Counted from the stretch's first letter, positions 18,391 through 29,139 are shown. The stretch: 53,300 nucleotides of DNA from Pseudomonadales bacterium (GCA_035456205.1 DATIDQ010000102.1:1-53300), one strand, 5' to 3'. Translations and numbers: made by a program. Notes: generated from the letters alone by a model not told the origin.

Positions 18391-19435
18391 CTGCTTTACC
18401 ATCAATGCCGGCAGAATCAAACGATGCCATTTCATTGAAAAACAGTACGGCTGATTCAATCAGTGGATAGGTGATAGCGACGCCACTGCCTTCACCCAGG
18501 CGCAAACCGAGAGATGCCAGTGGTGATACTTGCAGATAATCCAGCATTTTTTTATGGCCGGATTCATTGGATAAATGTGAAAACACGCAGTAATCACGTG
18601 CATGCGGTTCGAGTGCAAACGCGATTGCGGCTGCGCTGCTGGCGATAAAGCCATCGATCAATACCAGCATGTTCTGTTCACAGGCAGCGAGTATTGCGCC
18701 AACCATCATGGCAATTTCAAAACCGCCAAACGTACAAAGGATAGTGAAAGGATCAGTCAGCTTGCCGTGTTTTGCGAGGGCAGCTTTCAGTACGGCAGTT
18801 TTGTGTAACAGGCCTTTGTCGTCCAGTCCGGTGCCGCGCCCCACGCACTCTTCCACACTGGTGCCGGATAATGCTGAAAATAATGCAGTGGCCGATGAAG
18901 TATTGCCGATGCCCATTTCACCAAAGCCAATCACATTGCAGCCACTTTCGTTTGCTGCGCGAGCCAGTGCTGCGCCGCGCGCAATAGCCTGTTCGCAATC
19001 GGCGGCTGTCATGGCTTTTTCATGCAGAAAGTTTTTTGTACCGTTCGCTACTTTGGCTTGTGTGATCGGCAAGCTGGATAAATCGCCATTCACGCCAGCG
19101 TCAATCACGTCAATAGCAATATTATGTTGTCTGCAAAATACATTGATGGCTGCGCCGCCATTGACGAAGTTGTGCACCATCTGTTGCGTGACCACTTGCG
19201 GGAACGGGCTGACACCCTCTGCAACAATGCCATGATCGCCGGCAAACAATAACATTTGCGGTTTTTGCAATGACGGCGTCAGTGTTTTCTGGATGAGCGC
19301 AATTTGTAGCGCAACATTTTCCAGCACCCCCAACGAGCCGGGCGGTTTGGTTTTCTGGTCTATCTTATGCTGGATTTTTTCAGCCATAGAACGATCAACT
19401 GCTTGTACGATAAATAATTTTTGTGCATCAAACAT
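18383..19435 (-). CDS. cobT: Nicotinate-nucleotide--dimethylbenzimidazole phosphoribosyltransferase CobT
   Basis: It contains [17 protein letters not shown] and GEMGIGNTS, and has the typical 350-aa length. Confidence 0.9.
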   Translation of the reverse strand: MFDAQKLFIVQAVDRSMAEKIQHKIDQKTKPPGSLGVLENVALQIALIQKTLTPSLQKPQMLLFAGDHGIVAEGVSPFPQVVTQQMVHNFVNGGAAINVFCRQHNIAIDVIDAGVNGDLSSLPITQAKVANGTKNFLHEKAMTAADCEQAIARGAALARAANESGCNVIGFGEMGIGNTSSATALFSALSGTSVEECVGRGTGLDDKGLLHKTAVLKAALAKHGKLTDPFTILCTFGGFEIAMMVGAILAACEQNMLVLIDGFIASSAAAIAFALEPHARDYCVFSHLSNESGHKKMLDYLQVSPLASLGLRLGEGSGVAITYPLIESAVLFFNEMASFDSAGIDGKADA

Positions 19436-19447
19436 AATGTTTATTTC

Positions 19448-20260
19448 TCATAGATTGGCTGGAGCGGTGTAAGTGCGTTTCCGATTAAAGAGAGGGCATA
19501 AATATTCGATACGGCAGGCCTGTAATGCGATAGCGGCACTACCAGTGGGCTGGCCATAACGCGCATCGCCTATCACTGGATGTCCCAGCTCGGCAAGATG
19601 ACGGCGGATCTGGTGTTTGCGCCCGGTATCGATATGGATCTGCAAATGTGTCTGCTGGTTGCCGGCATCGTATACGGCATTGTCTATCCAGGTGACGGCG
19701 GTTTTACCATCGATGGCGCTGTCGATTTTAAAGGGCAAGGTTTCTATCTTCCATTCACCGGTGACACGCGCACGGTAATGCTTATCAATCTTGTTGTTCT
19801 GGAATAGATTGGATAATGCCGCAGCGGCTTTTTCAGTGTGGGCTATCAGCATCAGGCCGCTGGCTTCGCGATCGAGTCTGTGTACCAGAAATGTTTTGCG
19901 GTTCATCAGTTGTTCGACAATGCGCAGCAAAGAACAGTGATCACCCTGTTTTGATCCTTGCGACAGCAAACCCGATGGTTTGTACCACACGGAATACTGG
20001 TTTTCGTCAGATACCAGTGTCGGTGTCGGTGGCTCCAGTGCGAGGATGTCGGCATCGTAATAAATATGCAGCGTGGATTTTTCTGGCAATTCGCGGGTGG
20101 CGCGCCGCAGACGCTCCTGTTTTTTTCCTTGCTGTAGCCACACGGCGCCATTGGCCAGTGCTTTTTTTAGTTGCATACGCGAGATTGGCGTGTTTTCTGC
20201 CAGCCAGTCGATAGCGCGTTTACCGTTGCCGGTAATGGGGATGCTTTTTTCAACTTTCAT
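19448..20260 (-). CDS. RluA-family RNA pseudouridine synthase
   Basis: The catalytic motif is HRLDREASGLML. It also has KHYRARV and an S4-like N-terminus. It ends 12 nt upstream of cobT. Confidence 0.85.
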   Translation of the reverse strand: MKVEKSIPITGNGKRAIDWLAENTPISRMQLKKALANGAVWLQQGKKQERLRRATRELPEKSTLHIYYDADILALEPPTPTLVSDENQYSVWYKPSGLLSQGSKQGDHCSLLRIVEQLMNRKTFLVHRLDREASGLMLIAHTEKAAAALSNLFQNNKIDKHYRARVTGEWKIETLPFKIDSAIDGKTAVTWIDNAVYDAGNQQTHLQIHIDTGRKHQIRRHLAELGHPVIGDARYGQPTGSAAIALQACRIEYLCPLFNRKRTYTAPANL

Positions 20261-20279
20261 TCAGGAGGCTTTCATGCAA

Positions 20280-21299
20280 TCAGTGTGTATTTAAATTGGC
20301 AAGAATATGACGATAACTGGCAAGGCGTTCAGGAAAAAATTTCCCGTCTTGTTCTGCGGCTAACAGTGCACAGCCAGGCTCATGTTCATGGCTGCAATCG
20401 CGAAATTTGCAGCCATCGGTGTAAGCACGCAAATCTACAAAATGTGACAGCAATTCTTGCGCGGGTAATTGCTGTAACGTGAATTCCCGAATGCCGGGTG
20501 AATCAATCAGGTCGCCACCTTGCGGTAGATGATAAAGCCGTGCTGTGGTGGTGGTGTGTTTGCCTTTGTCACTGGCTGTCGATAAAGCGCCAACAGTGAC
20601 ATCCACGCCGGGCAGCAAGGCGTTTATCAGAGAAGATTTTCCTACGCCGGACTGTCCGACGATGACAGAAGTTTTAGTACGCAGAAAATCGGCAACGGCA
20701 GTTAATCCAATTCTGTCATAAGAAGACAAGAGAAAAACCGGATAACCAATGGTGCGATAGACGTGGAGAAGCTTTTCTATTGCGGCACGGTTGTCGTCAT
20801 TGATCAGATCGGTTTTGTTGCAGAGGATAACGGGTTGAATGCCGTACAGGTCTGCTGCAACAAGATAACGATCGATCAAAAAAGGAAACGGTTCCGGCAA
20901 TGGCGCAATGGTAATCAACATGGCATCGATATTGGCAGCAATCGGCCGCAATAAGCCGCGGCTGTCGGGGCGCGATAACAGCGTGCGCCGTTCGCAACCG
21001 GCTACCACCAGACCTGTTGCGCCCGCTTCGCTACCTGCAACGGGTAGACGCACAATAACGTGATCGCCGGTAACCAGTTGTGTGATATTGGCGCGCAATG
21101 AGCAGCGCACAATGCGCGTGGCGTCATCAGGGTGTTCCACATCGAGTTTGCGACCGTAATGCGCGATCACCAATGCTTCCTGCTCGCTGCCCAGTCCGGA
21201 TTCGTCGACGGTCTTTTCCGTACTGCCTGCAGCTTCGCGCTGGCGCATCTGGTGTTGTGCAATACGGCGGCGTTGTTGGTCGGTCAGGCGTCTGGCCAT
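20280..21299 (-). CDS. rsgA: Ribosome small-subunit biogenesis GTPase RsgA
   Basis: It shows the circularly permuted GTPase order (NKTDL ... [14 protein letters not shown]) and a C-terminal zinc motif ([14 protein letters not shown]). The start is taken at the ATG at 21299 ([12 protein letters not shown]). Confidence 0.9.
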   Translation of the reverse strand: MARRLTDQQRRRIAQHQMRQREAAGSTEKTVDESGLGSEQEALVIAHYGRKLDVEHPDDATRIVRCSLRANITQLVTGDHVIVRLPVAGSEAGATGLVVAGCERRTLLSRPDSRGLLRPIAANIDAMLITIAPLPEPFPFLIDRYLVAADLYGIQPVILCNKTDLINDDNRAAIEKLLHVYRTIGYPVFLLSSYDRIGLTAVADFLRTKTSVIVGQSGVGKSSLINALLPGVDVTVGALSTASDKGKHTTTTARLYHLPQGGDLIDSPGIREFTLQQLPAQELLSHFVDLRAYTDGCKFRDCSHEHEPGCALLAAEQDGKFFPERLASYRHILANLNTH

Positions 21300-21380
21300 G
21301 CGGTTGGCTTCACATCCACAGGAATAGCGGTAAGAATGGCGCACACGATACCACCCCGACCCCGCCAAGAGACAGACACG

Positions 21381-21938
21381 ATGCCAGCGAAGCCCTCCGT
21401 CAACAAAGACAATCTGATCTGGATCGATCTGGAAATGACAGGCCTGAATCCCGATACCGATGTGATTATCGAGATTGCGACCATCGTGACTGACAGTGAT
21501 CTCAATATTCTTGCAGAGGGGCCATCACTGGCCGTCAGGCAAGCAAAAGCTCTGCTGGACGGTATGGATGAATGGAATACACGCCAACACGGCGGCAGTG
21601 GTCTCACTGCTCGTGTGCTGGCCAGCGATATTGATGCGGCAGAAGCCGAGCGCCAGACCATCGCTTTTCTGGAGCAGTGGGTGCCGAAAGGCGCATCGCC
21701 GATGTGCGGCAACAGCATCTGTCAGGATCGCCGTTTTTTGTGGCGCGGTATGCCGCAACTGGAAGCATTTTTTCACTACCGCAATCTGGATGTGAGCACG
21801 GTGAAGGAATTGGCGAAGCGCTGGCGGCCAGAGATTGCAGATGGCGTGAAAAAAAACAGTTCACATCTGGCACTGGATGATATCCGTGACTCCATTGCCG
21901 AATTACAGCATTACCGTAAATATTTTTTTGTGCTCTGA
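21381..21938 (+). CDS. orn: Oligoribonuclease
   Basis: It contains [14 protein letters not shown] and the DEDDh motifs ([19 protein letters not shown]). It is divergent from rsgA, as in E. coli. The start is the ATG at 21381. Confidence 0.9.
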   Translation: MPAKPSVNKDNLIWIDLEMTGLNPDTDVIIEIATIVTDSDLNILAEGPSLAVRQAKALLDGMDEWNTRQHGGSGLTARVLASDIDAAEAERQTIAFLEQWVPKGASPMCGNSICQDRRFLWRGMPQLEAFFHYRNLDVSTVKELAKRWRPEIADGVKKNSSHLALDDIRDSIAELQHYRKYFFVL

Positions 21939-21948
21939 TTTTTATACA

Positions 21949-23955
21949 TTATTTCAGCGTCTGACCAATAAATTCAGGGTGATAGTGGCTGTATGAGCCT
22001 CGCAAATGGTTTGAATCTCGATAGATCACATTACCTTCAGTAGTAACAGCGCTGCACCACTGGCTAACGCATAAAAAATCTGCAGGATCAAGAACAATGG
22101 CGCCGCTGCGTTTTGCGACATCACGCAAAATAGGAGAAATCTTTTGCGTTCTTTTTTTGTGTTCTTCAAGAGATATGCCGCCTTCCAGGCGAATAGTGTT
22201 TTGAAAATGAAGGCCAAGCAGAGAGCGTTTGACCAGATTATGAGGTTCAAATTCCGTACCGCCCGGAATGTTTAATAGCAGATAGACCGTTTTGCCTTGT
22301 TTTGTCATGTCTAGAATAGTTGAAGCCAGTTGATCCATGGCTTTTTGCATTCCTTCGGGGGAGCTTAGTGGGTATTTGTGATCACCCTCTATATACTCAA
22401 AACCAGAGGTGCCCAACCATTGAGCACCAATAACAATGGTATCAATATCGGGGTTGGCCGTTGCAAGTGAGAATGCATGTGCATTGGTTTCTATAGCAGG
22501 ACATTCATAACCTTCTTTAATTTTTTTTCGAGTGTTCAGTATTGGAAGCCGACAGCCGGTTATCATGGCTTTTCTTGAGTCGTCCCCAGCGCTGATTATT
22601 GCGTCTACACCTTGCCAATGTTGCTCCATATTGCTGTCGCCGATATAAAGAGTGATTTTTTTGCCTTTGCCTACGACTCTGTATTCTTGTTTGTCAATTA
22701 AAGTTACATATGTTTTGGATAAAGGGGAGTTAAAAGGATTGTCATTTTTCGTATCGGCTATTTCTTGCAAGAAAATATTTACTTTATGGGTTTGCAATGC
22801 CCCCGAATAAAACATGGCACCTATTCCCGCCGTGATTAGCGTGATTAGCAGAAGGCACAAACTGACGACATTTCCTTTATGGCGCAGCGGCTTTTCAACA
22901 AGATAGTAAGTCAATGCGGCTAAAATTACTGCCAAGGATACTGAAATAATTTTTGTTTCTATTGGAATATGCAGGCCGTATGCAATTTTGGGGAATGATA
23001 AAAGTGGCCAGTGCCATAAATAGAGCGGATAACTGATTAGCCCAATGAATACAAAAAAACGATTCCCGACAATATGCCGATTCATCAATGTTGATGGGCC
23101 GACAGCAATGAGAATGGTTGCTCCCAGTGTTGGCAGCAATGAGGCCCAACCCGGAAATACTGTCTTGCTATCAAGATAAAAAATAGCCAAGCCCAATAAC
23201 AGTATGCCAATTAACGAGCCTGCCTCATTGAGTATTCGCTGTGAGTCAGGTTTGTTGGCAAGAAACTTGAATTGTGTATTCGGGCTGGATTGTATATATG
23301 CGAGTACCCCTCCGCACAATAGCTCCCAGGTTCGACTTAAAGGCATGTAAAAATTAGCTGTTTTCCCCAGAAATCCCGACACGCATAACAGAAATGAGGC
23401 TAGCGTCAGTGCAGTAATCAATAAACCTGGTTTTCTGTATTTGATCAGAAATAATAAAGTGAGAGGCCACAGTGTATAAAACTGTTCCTCAATGCTTAGC
23501 GACCATAAGTGCAGCAGGGGTTTCAGTTCAGAAGCCGTATCAAAATAGCTGTCTTCAGACCACAGGGTAAAATTCAGTACAAAAAAATTGGTGCTTAAGA
23601 CGTGTTTTCCAAGTTGTTTTATCTCGTCGGGAAATAACAGCAGCCATCCAGCCAGCAGGCAACTGATCAATACAAAAATCAGGGCTGGGAAAATTCTTCT
23701 TATTCTCCTTGTGTAAAAATCCAGAATAGAAAATTTTCCTGTTGCAGATGTTTTCAGGATTATCGAGGAAATCAGAAATCCTGAAATCACAAAGAAAATA
23801 TCAACGCCAACAAAGCCTCCGCTGATGTGGTTAGGGAGAGCGTGGAAGCCGATGACCGAAGCTACGGCTATAGCGCGCAACCCATCAATGTCAGGGCGGT
23901 AACCCAGGTGCTGCTCCTGGCGTAAAAATCCTTTTGGCGAAGTATATAAATCCAT
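21949..23955 (-). CDS. Acyltransferase-3 family O-acyltransferase with a C-terminal SGNH-like domain (OafA/YrhL type)
   Basis: The N-terminus reads RPDIDGLRAIAVASVIGFH...GGFVGVDIFFVISGFLI. There are about 10 TM segments, then IGDSNMEQHW and a soluble tail, for 668 aa in total. The gene is markedly AT-rich compared with its neighbours. Confidence 0.85.
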   Translation of the reverse strand: MDLYTSPKGFLRQEQHLGYRPDIDGLRAIAVASVIGFHALPNHISGGFVGVDIFFVISGFLISSIILKTSATGKFSILDFYTRRIRRIFPALIFVLISCLLAGWLLLFPDEIKQLGKHVLSTNFFVLNFTLWSEDSYFDTASELKPLLHLWSLSIEEQFYTLWPLTLLFLIKYRKPGLLITALTLASFLLCVSGFLGKTANFYMPLSRTWELLCGGVLAYIQSSPNTQFKFLANKPDSQRILNEAGSLIGILLLGLAIFYLDSKTVFPGWASLLPTLGATILIAVGPSTLMNRHIVGNRFFVFIGLISYPLYLWHWPLLSFPKIAYGLHIPIETKIISVSLAVILAALTYYLVEKPLRHKGNVVSLCLLLITLITAGIGAMFYSGALQTHKVNIFLQEIADTKNDNPFNSPLSKTYVTLIDKQEYRVVGKGKKITLYIGDSNMEQHWQGVDAIISAGDDSRKAMITGCRLPILNTRKKIKEGYECPAIETNAHAFSLATANPDIDTIVIGAQWLGTSGFEYIEGDHKYPLSSPEGMQKAMDQLASTILDMTKQGKTVYLLLNIPGGTEFEPHNLVKRSLLGLHFQNTIRLEGGISLEEHKKRTQKISPILRDVAKRSGAIVLDPADFLCVSQWCSAVTTEGNVIYRDSNHLRGSYSHYHPEFIGQTLK

Positions 23956-24048
23956 GGATAGCTCTTATTATGTTTTCGGTATTCTAAAGCCTGTCCAGCT
24001 GGAATAGCACAGCCGAATGGGTTTAATCTGGGCCTTATATGGAAGGAC

Positions 24049-25011
24049 ATGATGATGCGAAGATTGGGTAACACAGATATCAACATTAGTGCGCTGGGTC
24101 TCGGCACCTGGCAATTTTCCAACGGTGGCAATTTTGTGGGAGGCTACTGGGATGCGCTCCCTGCTGAGTTGATGCGCGATATTGTTGCAGCGGCAATCAA
24201 TAACGGTATTAACTGGTTTGATACTGCGCAGATGTATGGCAATGGCACATCCGAGCATAATCTCGCACAAGCTTTAAAAGCTGCAGGCAAAAAACCGGGT
24301 GACGCCCTGATTGCTACCAAGTGGTGGCCGGTATTGAAAACCGCAAACAATTTGCGCGCGACAATTGATGAGCGACTGGCGTGTCTGGAAGGATTTCCGA
24401 TCGATTTGCATCAGGTACATCAACCATTATCGATTTCTTCTGTAGAAAAACAGATGCATGCGATGGCAGATTTACTGGATGCCGGAAAAATACGTTCAGC
24501 AGGTGTCAGCAATTTTACTGCGGCAGCCATGTGCAAGGCTGATGATGTGTTGCGTTCGCGAGGACACAGCCTGGCATCCAATCAGGTGCGTTATAACTTG
24601 TTGGCGCGGCAGATTGAACGCAATGGCATTCTGCAAGAAGCAAAAAATCGCGGCATCACGATTATTGCGTGGTCACCGCTGGAGCAGGGCATGTTGAGTG
24701 GGCGTTTCCATCGTGAACCGGCGCGCATCCAACAGTTGCCATGGATGCGCCGTTATGCGCTGCAATTCCAGGCATCACGGATTACCAAAAGTTTGCCATT
24801 GATTGAAACACTGGAGCGTATTGCGTCGACGCACAATGCCAGTGTGGCGCAGGTGGCGCTTAGTTGGTTAGTGAATGCACATGGCGATACGGTAGTCGCT
24901 ATTCCCGGCGCAAGCAGTGTTGCACAAGTGGAACAGAATGCAGGGGCATTGCGCCTGCAATTAAGTGATGCAGAGCGTAACGAGATTGACGAATCGTCTT
25001 CTGGTTTCTAA
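24049..25011 (+). CDS. Aldo/keto reductase
   Basis: It contains LGLGTWQF, DTAQMYGNG, GVSNF and the expected AKR length. The start could be any of three consecutive ATGs at 24049-24057. Confidence 0.85.
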   Translation: MMMRRLGNTDINISALGLGTWQFSNGGNFVGGYWDALPAELMRDIVAAAINNGINWFDTAQMYGNGTSEHNLAQALKAAGKKPGDALIATKWWPVLKTANNLRATIDERLACLEGFPIDLHQVHQPLSISSVEKQMHAMADLLDAGKIRSAGVSNFTAAAMCKADDVLRSRGHSLASNQVRYNLLARQIERNGILQEAKNRGITIIAWSPLEQGMLSGRFHREPARIQQLPWMRRYALQFQASRITKSLPLIETLERIASTHNASVAQVALSWLVNAHGDTVVAIPGASSVAQVEQNAGALRLQLSDAERNEIDESSSGF

Positions 25012-25053
25012 AGATGTGCTATAAGAAATGATAGAAGAGCTAAGGAGAGTGCC

Positions 25054-25341
25054 ATGTCTGCCGCCATCATTATCAAGAAGCCCAGCCAGCAACAGATGGA
25101 TAGTGCGCTTGCTGCAGCGACCCGGTTGCGTGAAAAAGAGGATCCGGAAGCATTAGGGCATTATCTGTTGTATCTGCATGAACGCAGTCAACATCTGGAG
25201 GATATTTATGCCCATGTCCAACATTACTTGCGTTCTGGGCAGGCAGCGCGTGAGCACAGTATGCTATTGCGGGCGATTGAAAAAGCAGAAAAAGCTGCGC
25301 ACCCGCATGAGGATGCTGCAGCTGTGTTCCCGGGAGATTAA
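25054..25341 (+). CDS. Hypothetical 95-aa protein, helical, His-rich
   Basis: A good SD (AAGGAGAG) precedes the ATG. I recognise no family. Confidence 0.5.
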   Translation: MSAAIIIKKPSQQQMDSALAAATRLREKEDPEALGHYLLYLHERSQHLEDIYAHVQHYLRSGQAAREHSMLLRAIEKAEKAAHPHEDAAAVFPGD

Positions 25342-25901
25342 TCCTTGCGTTCGTTGTGATTCAGATTTTTTATAGCTTTGCTATTTTTCTTTTCTTCTTT
25401 ATGTAACTTTTCACGTTCCTTGTTTGTCAGATTGCCATCGGCGTTAGCTGCAGCTTCATCTTTTTTCAATTTATCTTGACGTTCCTGAAGTTCAGTCGCT
25501 TCGCCGGCGGTTAGCTTGCCAGATTTTTGGCCGGCATCAATGCGTTCCTGCTCTCTTGTAGCATGAATATCCAGTTTTGATTCACTGGCACGTCCATTGT
25601 GTTTTTTCGCATGGATTGCTTCGCTGATATCGGCTGCTTCTTGTTGTAGCCTTGAACGCTCTTGTTCAGATGCTTTGCCATTTTTTTTGGCAGCAGCTTC
25701 ACTCGCGTGCAAGTGATTGATGCGTTCTTGTAAGGTGGCGGCTTCACCAGGTGTCAGTGCACCTGTACGTAGCCCCTCATCAAGACGGCTCTGCAAATTG
25801 GCTTCATGTTCGTCGAGTCCTGGTGTATTGGTGCCAGCCATGACGGGCAAGCTGAAAATGGCAGCTGCTGCGAAGGCTAGCAAAACGGATGATTTTTTCA
25901 T
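25338..25901 (-). CDS. Secreted repeat protein (LT.GEA..LQER repeats), possibly Spy/CpxP-like
   Basis: The ATG at 25901 gives a signal peptide (MKKSSVLLAFAAAAIFSLPVMA). There are two clear repeats: GALTPGEAATLQERINHLHASEAAAKKNGKASEQERSRLQQE and GKLTAGEATELQERQDKLKKDEAAANADGNLTNKEREKLHKE. The LTxxQ-like resemblance is only an impression. Confidence 0.6.
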   Translation of the reverse strand: MKKSSVLLAFAAAAIFSLPVMAGTNTPGLDEHEANLQSRLDEGLRTGALTPGEAATLQERINHLHASEAAAKKNGKASEQERSRLQQEAADISEAIHAKKHNGRASESKLDIHATREQERIDAGQKSGKLTAGEATELQERQDKLKKDEAAANADGNLTNKEREKLHKEEKKNSKAIKNLNHNERKD

Positions 25902-25926
25902 AAGTGTTTCCCTGTCATGGTTGGGT

Positions 25927-26721
25927 TTATGGCGCGACAATAGTGCCACAATCCAGTGTTTGTCGCATTTCCAGAGAAGGCTGCGCACATTCGGTTTTGC
26001 CGATCTGTTTAGCCGGCACGCCGGCCATCAGTGCGCAATCTGGTACGTCTTTGAGTATCACGCTGCCCGCAGCAATTTGTGCACAGTGACCAATCTGGAT
26101 GTTGCCCAGAATTTTACTGCCGGGACCGATCATCACGCCGGCACCAATTTTGGGATGGCGATCGCCTGTTTCTTTTCCTGTACCGCCGAGTGTCACATCC
26201 TGCAAGATGGATACATTGTCAGCAATAGTGGCTGTTTCGCCAATGACAATACCTGTTGCATGATCCAGCATCACACCGGTGCCAATTTTTGCAGCGGGAT
26301 GTATGTCTACAGAAAAAATAACCGAGATGCGGTTCTGTAAAAAATACGCCAGAGATTTTCTATCCTGTTGCCATAGCCAATGTGCAACACGCCAGGCTGT
26401 CAGCGCATGAAAGCCTTTGTAAAAAAGCAGCGCTTGTAAATGTGATTGGCAAACCGGATCACGCGTAAAAATGGCATCAATATCCTTTGTCACTGCATCA
26501 GTTATTGCTGTGTCGCCACAGAAGGCCTCGGAAAATACTTCCAGCAATGTCAGCGACGGCAGTGCCTGACAATCCAGTTTTCCTGCCAATAAAAAACCGA
26601 TGGCTGCGCACAGGCTGTTGTGGCGTAACACGGTGTTGTGCAGAAAACTGGCCAGTGCCGGTTCGCGCAGGGATTCCTGTTCGGCAGATTGGTGAATGGC
26701 TTGCCATAAGGTTGTTGTCAT
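25927..26721 (-). CDS. cysE: Serine O-acetyltransferase
   Basis: It has the SATase N-terminal domain (DPVCQSHLQALLFYKGFHAL) and hexapeptide repeats (DIHPAAKIGTGVMLDHATGIVIGETA ... GDRHPKIG). The start is the ATG at 26721. The long upstream extension in the track is rejected. Confidence 0.9.
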   Translation of the reverse strand: MTTTLWQAIHQSAEQESLREPALASFLHNTVLRHNSLCAAIGFLLAGKLDCQALPSLTLLEVFSEAFCGDTAITDAVTKDIDAIFTRDPVCQSHLQALLFYKGFHALTAWRVAHWLWQQDRKSLAYFLQNRISVIFSVDIHPAAKIGTGVMLDHATGIVIGETATIADNVSILQDVTLGGTGKETGDRHPKIGAGVMIGPGSKILGNIQIGHCAQIAAGSVILKDVPDCALMAGVPAKQIGKTECAQPSLEMRQTLDCGTIVAP

Positions 26722-26838
26722 GATGCAGGGGGATCCTCGTGGAGTAGCCATGGTTAGTGTGTGGGTAGAGTAGCAATTGTTTGGAGCAATAGAGTGAGCT
26801 GCAGTATAAAATGATGGCTGTCTTTCGAGAAATACCCC

Positions 26839-29127
26839 ATGTCTTCTGTGCCTACTCCCGCCGTTGCTGATCTGTTCTCCCGCAAGCCCTTTTGGGCCAA
26901 GCGGCTGGGCACTGCGCCGGTGTTGCCCATGTCGCGTGCAGAAATGGACAAACTGGGTTGGGACAGTTGCGACATCATTATTGTGACGGGAGACGCCTAT
27001 GTTGATCATCCCAGTTTCGGTATGGCGGTGATCGGTCGTGTGCTGGAAGCACAGGGTTTTCGCGTCGGCATTATCGCGCAGCCCGACTGGCGTTCGGCGG
27101 ATGATTTCAAAGTGCTAGGCAAACCCAATCTGTTTTTTGGCGTGACTGCTGGCAACATGGATTCGATGATCAACCGCTATACGGCAGATAAAAAAATGCG
27201 CTCCGATGATGCCTATTCGCCGAATGGTGAAGGCGGACGCAGGCCGGATCGTTCCACATTGGTTTACACGCAACGCTGCCGCGAAGCATTTCCTGATGCG
27301 CCGTTAGTGATTGGCGGTATAGAAGCCAGCCTGCGCAGACTCGCGCACTTCGATTATTGGTCAGAGAAAGTTCGCCGTTCTATTTTGCTGGATAGTAAAG
27401 CGGACCTGCTAATTTACGGCAATGCAGAAAGACAGATTGTTGAAGTGGCGCACCGCCTTGCTGGCGGTGAAAGCATCAAGACGATGCAGGATATTCGAGG
27501 CACCGCATTTCTCACCAAAAACCTGCTGCCGGATTTTCGCGAAGTGGATGCTACAGAACCGGATATTTCTGAGCGTGAAAAACTGGCACGTGCTGCACCT
27601 ACTGCCGAACAGCAGCCGTATGTGGTGCCGGAAGAAAGCACGTGCGCGACCAAAAAAGAAGAAGCAGAAGAAACGGTTTATTCCAGCGAGCTGATCGGAT
27701 CGGATAGCAAAAAAGTTGTGCCGCTGGATACATTAAAAAAACGTATGGCAGAAGTGGTGCGTTTGCCGTCATTTGAAGCGGTGAATGAAGATAAAATTTT
27801 ATATGCGCATGCTTCACGCGCTTTCCACAAAGAAACCAATCCCGGCAATGCGCGGCCAATTGTACAAGCGCACGGTGACCGGCTGGTGTGGATGAATCCA
27901 CCGCCAATTCCTCTATCTACCAAAGAAATGGATCGCGTATTTGAATTGCCATACAGCCGGTTGCCGCATCCTTCGTATGGTAAGGCAAAATTTCCGGCGT
28001 ATGAGATGATCCGCTTCTCGGTAAATATCATGCGCGGTTGTTTCGGTGGCTGCACTTTTTGTTCGATTACTGAGCATGAAGGCCGCATCATTCAAAGCCG
28101 TTCCGAGCAATCCATTCTCAATGAAATTGAAATGATCCGTGATAAAGCGCCTGGCTTCACCGGTGTCATTTCTGATCTTGGTGGTCCTACAGCCAATATG
28201 TGGCGCTTGAACTGCAAGGATCCAAAGATAGAGGCGAGCTGCAAGCGCTTGTCCTGCGTATTTCCGACGATTTGCAGCAGTCTTGATACAGACCAGAAGC
28301 CATTAGTGAATTTGTACCGCAAAGCGCGCGCATTGCCGGGTATCAAGAAAATATTGATTGCATCCGGTTTACGTTACGATCTGGCCGTACAAACACCGGA
28401 ATACGTGAAAGAGCTGGTGACGCACCATGTCGGTGGTTATCTGAAAATTGCGCCGGAACACACGGAAGAAGGCCCGCTGACCAAAATGATGAAGCCGGGG
28501 ATTGGCAGCTATGATCAGTTCAAGGAATTATTCGAGAAATATTCGCGCGAAGCCGGTAAAGAGCAATACCTGATCCCGTATTTTGTGGCGGCACATCCTG
28601 GAACTACAGATGAAGACATGATGAATCTTGCGCTGTGGCTGAAGAAAAATAATTTTCAGGCTGATCAGGTGCAGACATTTATTCCGTCGCCGATGGCGAT
28701 GGCCAGCGCCATGTACCACACGCAAAAAAATCCGTTGAAGCGTGTGCGTTCGGATAGTGAAGAAGTCGCAGTGCCTAAAGGCATTAATCAACGTAAATTG
28801 CATAAAGCTTTCCTGCGTTATCACGATCCGGATAACTGGCCGCTGTTGCGCACTGCTTTATACAAAATGGGACGCGGTGACATGATTGGCAATGGTCGCG
28901 ATCATCTTATTCCGCGCACCCAGCCCACACCAATTGATCCGCGTATTAAAGATGCGGATGCTATTTATCGCCGTCGTGCCAATAAATTATTGACACAACA
29001 TACCGGCCTGCCGCCACTGCCTGAAAGTCGTGATAAAAAACTGAAAGGTAAGGCCTCGAATAGTAGAACAACGCCAGCAGGTAAACGTCCCACTTCTGGC
29101 AAAAATTCTCGCCCCCGTTCCCGTTGA
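26839..29127 (+). CDS. ygiQ: YgiQ-family radical SAM protein (UPF0313)
   Basis: It is collinear with E. coli YgiQ as I recall it, including [33 protein letters not shown] and [18 protein letters not shown]. It has a basic C-terminal tail. Confidence 0.9.
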   Translation: MSSVPTPAVADLFSRKPFWAKRLGTAPVLPMSRAEMDKLGWDSCDIIIVTGDAYVDHPSFGMAVIGRVLEAQGFRVGIIAQPDWRSADDFKVLGKPNLFFGVTAGNMDSMINRYTADKKMRSDDAYSPNGEGGRRPDRSTLVYTQRCREAFPDAPLVIGGIEASLRRLAHFDYWSEKVRRSILLDSKADLLIYGNAERQIVEVAHRLAGGESIKTMQDIRGTAFLTKNLLPDFREVDATEPDISEREKLARAAPTAEQQPYVVPEESTCATKKEEAEETVYSSELIGSDSKKVVPLDTLKKRMAEVVRLPSFEAVNEDKILYAHASRAFHKETNPGNARPIVQAHGDRLVWMNPPPIPLSTKEMDRVFELPYSRLPHPSYGKAKFPAYEMIRFSVNIMRGCFGGCTFCSITEHEGRIIQSRSEQSILNEIEMIRDKAPGFTGVISDLGGPTANMWRLNCKDPKIEASCKRLSCVFPTICSSLDTDQKPLVNLYRKARALPGIKKILIASGLRYDLAVQTPEYVKELVTHHVGGYLKIAPEHTEEGPLTKMMKPGIGSYDQFKELFEKYSREAGKEQYLIPYFVAAHPGTTDEDMMNLALWLKKNNFQADQVQTFIPSPMAMASAMYHTQKNPLKRVRSDSEEVAVPKGINQRKLHKAFLRYHDPDNWPLLRTALYKMGRGDMIGNGRDHLIPRTQPTPIDPRIKDADAIYRRRANKLLTQHTGLPPLPESRDKKLKGKASNSRTTPAGKRPTSGKNSRPRSR

Positions 29128-29139
29128 TGGTGACAGTGC

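Noticed and set aside
19436-19447. A cobalamin riboswitch upstream of cobT/cobQ.
   Set aside because: Only 12 nt separate cobT from the preceding gene. The GCCACTG string at about 18490-18496 is on the wrong strand and inside cobT.
25927-27009. Long 5' extensions of track ORFs: cysE to 27009, orn from 21132, DUF4124 from 2941, tpiA from 34961, rsgA to 21368, mnmG to 41852 and polA to 13274.
   Set aside because: The extensions overlap neighbouring genes or lack homology. In each case an internal ATG or GTG with an SD matches the N-terminus of characterised orthologues.
27584-27598. A sigma-54-like TGGCACgtgcTGCa.
   Set aside because: The GG-to-GC distance is 10 rather than 12. There is no TTGC, and it lies inside ygiQ.
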